A stretch of 64,000 nucleotides of DNA from Penicillus capitatus. Taxonomy: Eukaryota > Plantae > Chlorophyta. The notes under the pieces were generated by a model. The model made no database searches. It was not told where the DNA came from and worked only from the letters and a program-made list of their open reading frames with translations. A program made the translations under genes and the position numbers. Numbering within the stretch: position 1 is the first letter of the stretch; each line of letters starts with the position of its first letter. This document shows, in pieces, positions 58,494 through 64,000 of this stretch. The stretch spans positions 1,044,786-1,108,785 of the forward strand of contig OZ287702.1 of assembly GCA_965649825.1 (NCBI GenBank). Reading direction: 5' to 3'.

Positions 58494-61400
58494 CTATGGA
58501 TTAGTAGGCACACTGTGCACAGAAGCGTCGCTGGCATTGGTGTTACGTACATAGTCAAGAATAGCTTTAATGATAAACTGAATGACATAGTTGACGACAT
58601 AGACCTTTACAATGTGCCACGTGCCTCGATCAGCATCGTAAGGCACGTTCTCTGAATCGAGCACGGCCTTTAAGTACTTTGTTGAAAAGACGACAATAAA
58701 ATGCAGGAAAACGAAAAACAGCGCAAGATTGCCAACGATGATCCCAAGGGTTACCACAATGCGAATGGCATCAGACACGACATCATCGCCAAAGAACATA
58801 CTCGAAACGAAAGTGAGCAGCGAAACCAGCACCGAGAGATTTTCCAGTGCGTTCAAATCGTCAAACTCCTCACGATAAGGCCGGCAGAGCATCTGAAAGT
58901 AGAGGGCAGCTGATAGGACAAAAACAGCAAGGATGTGTTGGAGATTGGTGCCTAGAGGATAGGACAGAACAACGACTACAGTTAAAATCGCCTTCTTCAA
59001 GAGAATCACCGACTCCCAGAAGACAAACCTCTTCTGGTAGGAGCGATACATAAACCCAGAAACCTCATAAATCCATCCCTGTTTGTAGTCTTCTTGCACA
59101 TTCTTCATGACGAGGTAGGCGATCACTAGGGGGAATCCGAGAGTAAAGAGAAAGAGGAAAGGCCATCCCAGGACGAAGGCGAGGACAGCATGCGATTGTT
59201 GGTAGCAGTGGATGCTGGTGTCTGTCGCCCAGTAATCTGCAGTGCTATCCACTCCAATGATGGCTGAGCTGTGCACTTTGATGCAGGTGACGATCTTGAC
59301 GAGGGTCTTGGTCAACGAGACGTAGCTGATGTAGAAGACGGCCAAAAAACTCAACACAATTTTCTTGACAAGTTCCGTTGTCTCCGTTTTGTTTTTTGCT
59401 TTGTCTGTCATCCAGTAACTGGCGAAAACCAGTACTGCAGCGAGTGGGACACTGAAATCGATCAGCACACTGGCGATGGATCGTTCCATCGCGGCATTGG
59501 TTGGCACCAAACAGTCCACTGAATGGTGAATTGCCTCCGAAGTGACACCACCTGCAAACTCTGTAAAACGCCAAGTGCTCAGTATCTCATCCACTGTGTT
59601 CTCTAAGTCACCTGCTGTCTTGAACAGAACGATGACTGGCTTCGTCCATTCCACGTTGATCGAGATAGCGACAGCCGTCACTTGGAAGAAGTTCAAGGTG
59701 ATCTACAGAGACGATCGATATTGGTCCTCGCAGGAGAGATCATAGATTCCTTACTTTGAAAAGCTCGATCGCTTTCCACTGCGCGAGTTCGATATCTTTC
59801 GCCGTTTGATCTGGATCCGATCTGCTAACCGTCGATGGATGCGCGACGTCATTGGGTACCTCGCCAGTTAGATAACTTTCCATCATATGAGGCTGGGCGG
59901 GTGGCTGAGAGGATGGAGAAGTCGCCTGCTGGGCGTTAGAAATCACTGTCAAGGTGGAGACCAGACTGCCTCTCACGGTGATGCCCGTCAGTACCATCAG
60001 CACCAGAAAAGATAGGAACACAACGAGAACACTTGCAAACTTTGTGCTGCATTTCTCACAGAGGAAAGAGTGAAGCCGCCCGTAATGCGCTTGGCATGAG
60101 CCGCACAGCGGACCATCGTATCCCTGCAAACAGAAAGACGTGACGAGATGTCATCCAACAGAAGATGGTTGGTGCCTCTTTGCACTGAGCATGAGTGTAG
60201 GCCTCGGCATCTTCCTCGGCGAAATGACAACTCTCCAGATCTCTCGTTGCTTCTTCTAGGCGAGACGCACGCTCGTTGAAGTCGCACATCTCAGAGGAAA
60301 GACATTTCTGCAGGTGTTTGGAGCAAGGCGTCGGGTGCCAGTATCCTTTGTCTGGAAGAATGATATGCGATGCGCAGTTCCCATTATCGGGACAGGGATG
60401 ACACCCCGGTTCGTCTTCACTTCCCAGATTGTAAGTGTCAGATGTGCAGGGCTCACAGATCGTGCCATTGGCAGCAGCCACTTCCCCAATTGTGCACCCT
60501 CTGATGTGGACAAACATCGAAAAATGCGCAATCGATTGCTCGCTAAATACAATCGTGCATTCATAGACGCCCTCGATTCCAAATCCGACGACTCTGGAGA
60601 AGTTGCCGATGCCTGCCACCATGGCCACGTTGACAGATCCTGAGAAGAATCCCTTCGATGCTGACATCGATGCTTCAATGACTTCGGATTGCAGGCCCAC
60701 GGCAGGTCCTTGGCCCAATCCATCCACAGCCTCTAATTGAACGATGGGCAGAGGTGATCCGCTCGCATGGTCCATCACATAGTATGCATCGCCACTGGCG
60801 ATCTCGATCTCGGTTCCGTTAGCGAGAACGATGGTCTTCTTGACTTGGACTGCAAAGGTTCCTGCATTGGGGGCATATCTCCCAGCAATGTTGCCGGACC
60901 AAGTCTCGCAAACATCGTCCAATGATTGCAAGAAGTCCAAGGCCATGAGGTCCTCTCCTGTGTAGAGTTGATTTCTGTCTTCCCTCTCGACAGATGCGCA
61001 ACTCAATCGAATGGTTCGGATGTCTGAAGTCATCAGACCACCTCCGGCTACTGTCGCTTCATTGTGCTGGAAGATCGTCCCCGTGATCACGGCAAGGGAG
61101 CAGTTGTTGGTCGAGTTATTTGAGCAGTTGGTCTGAATAGGATCGTTCAGGAGAATCAGTCCACCTAGATGCAGGCAGATTGAACAGATAGATGTTGTCA
61201 GTGGCTGACAGATAACCACACCTCCCCATCTGGCTGTGTTGTGTCGGAACACATTCTGATCGAGTTGGAGAGCGATGGGTCGAAGACCAAAGGAATACAT
61301 CGAGACAGCACCACCTCTCAGTCCAGCTGAGTTGTTGACAAAAAAACAGTCGTTGCAAACAAGGGCGGATTGCCCCGGACTGTGAATGGCGCCGCCAAAC

Positions 61401-64000
61401 GAACTGGCTGTGCATTCTGAAAAATTGACATGCTCTGCTGTAATGGTCGATGTAAAAACATAGATCGCGCCTCCATCTTTTGCATGTGCGTTCGTCAGTG
61501 TCACATTGTAAAGGGCAACCATGGGAGGACCCAGTGCTGCTAAGAATCCCCCATTCTCACTAGCAGTGCCATTAACAAATGAAGAGTGGCTTATGTTTAG
61601 ATTTGCGACAAACGTGCTGAAGCCACCTCCCGAGCTTGCTCTATTTCCATTCATCCTGCAATTTGTGAAATGTACCGTCGATCCAGCAACATGTGCAACA
61701 CCACCAGAATATGAAGCTGCATTCTGATAGAACGATATGTTGGCAAATGTCCCAGTGACAGAGTGGCTGATGTGCATGGCACCTCCGTTCTCGGCACTGT
61801 TGTCTTGAAAGTCCGAATGTCGAATTTCAACCCGACTTCTTTGATCACAGTGTACGCCGCCACCACTGGTGGCCCTGTTTCCGGAAAGAAACATCCGGCT
61901 GCCGACTAAAGTCGCGGTTGCAGCGAGAATGGCGCCTCCTCTGCTATTGGCACGGTTTCTGAGAAAAGTGGAGTTGATGACGGTGGCAGCAGATGCAGCA
62001 TCCAGAGCGATCGCGCCTCCTTCTTCAGCACGGCAGCCAGTTATCGTGACATTTCGAAGCCAAAAGGAGACATTTCCAATGCCATTGAGGCTGCCTCCAT
62101 ATTGGCTGAATCCATCGGCGAAGAAAGAGTCTGTCAGACGCACGTGTCCATCTCTCGTGGCATAGATGGATCCACCAGCAAGAGCACGATTTCTGGAGAA
62201 ATTGCACAAGTGAAAGCTGGCGTTTGCTTGTTCGATGTAGATTGCTCCTCCAGGTCCTTCAGCTTCATTGGAAAGGAATTCGCAACGGGCGATTCTGGCA
62301 AGGGCGCTGTGATGGATCATTAAGGACCCGCCGCTGTACGCTTTGTTCCTGGAAAAGATGGAATCTGTGGCTTCCAATTGACTTTCACCCGCACACGCAA
62401 TTCCTCCGTAGCCCAGTTGTGTGGTGCTGTCAGAGATGTTGCTGATCTGGATGCGCAGGGTGCTGTTTTGCATGTAAATGCTGGCCCCGCTGTCTTGTGA
62501 ATTGCACCCGGTGAGAGAGGAATGGCGAATACTGACCACAGAGCTTCTACTGATTACCATGCATCCTCCAAGTACTGCAGAGCCGTTTGTGAAAGAAGAG
62601 TTCGAAATGACAATCTCGGAGAGCATAACGGAGAGATGACCACCATGGAGTGCTGTTCCCCCTGCAAAACGCGTCCGATTCAAGGAGAGGCTCCCTTCCT
62701 CCATGTAGATAGAACCGCCGGATTCAGAGGCTTGGTTTCGCCACAGAAGGCTGTGACTGATGTATCCACGGCTTTGGGATCGTATGTACAGAGCACCGCC
62801 AAACCTGGCAGCATTTCCCTCAAGGACGGAGTCTGAGATTTCCAGTCTGCTGTTATTGAAACAAGAGACAACGCCGCCGTTCTCCGCCCCTGTGTTGTTA
62901 GCTGCCAAGATGTCCTTGATGACAGTCGTCGAAGCTTTGCTGTAGATGACGTTTCCCTCACTCGCTGCAGTGTTAGAGACGAATGTGACATTTTCGAAGC
63001 CGATTGAAGAGTGGCTTTGCAGATGGATAGCGCCTCCGTCTTGTCTGGCCTTACAGAACTGCACCGATGCGTGTCGGACTTGAGAGCGGCCGTCGTTCTC
63101 GAGTGCGATGCATCCACCGAATTCCCCTGATCCCCTTACGAACACAGATCGACTGATGTTCGAGATGGACTCTGTCGTGGCAAGAAACCCTCCTCGGTTG
63201 GCCGAGCCGTTCTCGAATTGACAATGGCGAATCGTCATGTTGGAGCCTTCTGTGTAGACACTGCCTCCTTTGTCGACCGCAGAGTTGTTCAAGAAATCGA
63301 GACGCGTGGCGTAGACATTGGACTCGGAGGCAAAGAAAGCACCGCCGTCTCTAGAGGCATGGTTCGAGAGGAGCACGCAGTGGTGGAGAAAGGCAGCGCT
63401 GTTCATCTCCAGAAAAAGGACACCCCCTCTGGTCGCGGTGTTCTCTTCAAACGAGGTGTCAGACAGAGAGACGTTGGATGCTTCGATGTAAAGGGCAGCT
63501 CCTGATGGACCTCTGTTCTTCCGGAAGATGCTGCTGGATACAGTGACTGAGCTCCTCGTAAGATAAAGACAGGGACTCGGTTGGTCGCCGTCTTCTTGGA
63601 AACTGACAGAGTTCTTCTGAAAGCTCGATCTTGACAAGGACAGCGATGCATCAGACAGGTGAAACACGGTCAGCACGTTCCGCGATACGACCAGTCCTTC
63701 GATGTTTGTATGAGATCCAGGAGGAGCGTGGAAGAGGTGAGTGTTTCTGTCCCGGGGGTCTTCCAAGCGATTTCTGGAGACGGTACAGTTCTCCATTCGG
63801 TTCTCCTGAGACAGGAGTGCACCGCATGCTTGGCCTGAACAGGTATTGTTCTGATACCGAACTGAGATCATCTCCACCGCCGAACACGACGGAGCTTGCA
63901 CTTTGAGCCCTGTCTCAGCCGCCAATTGATTGTCTCTCACGATGATGCTGATCCATCGGACTGTGCCCTCCATTCCTCCAGATCTGCACGGTGCCACCTC
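58494..64000 (-). CDS. Second Pmp-like beta-helix + Cys-rich + multi-pass TM receptor-like protein, 5'-truncated by the window
   Basis: More than 1300-aa open frame with many FxxN/GGA(I) motifs, CxxC repeats, GYDGPLCGSC, then ~8-9 TM helices with GFMYRSY..FWESVILLKK and RPYR; frame open to base 64000. Confidence 0.88.

Overview
Gene-dense stretch of a green-algal (chlorophyte) nuclear genome. Evidence: an algal-type LHCA2 with a fourth transmembrane helix, PSBR, a plastid-type YbeY-HAD fusion, a PPR protein, the standard genetic code, and many ~40-60 nt spliceosomal introns. About 35 protein-coding genes can be traced. Neighbours are often only 2-60 nt apart or overlap. Two paralogous giant surface-receptor-like genes (Pmp-type beta-helix ectodomain + Cys-rich region + ~8-9 TM domain) lie at ~31.4-38.5 kb (+) and 58.5->64 kb (-). 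The first carries ~18 near-identical, mosaic 153-bp repeat units and two 1-bp frameshifts. Other leads: a candidate bicistronic MAPEG-SKIP31 pair (2-nt gap), a STIL-like centriole protein, a degenerate Tpt1/KptA-like ORF, and frequent GC-AG introns. I recognised no rRNA, tRNA, CRISPR array or transposase. Exon structures were traced by eye and family assignments come from recalled motifs, not database searches.
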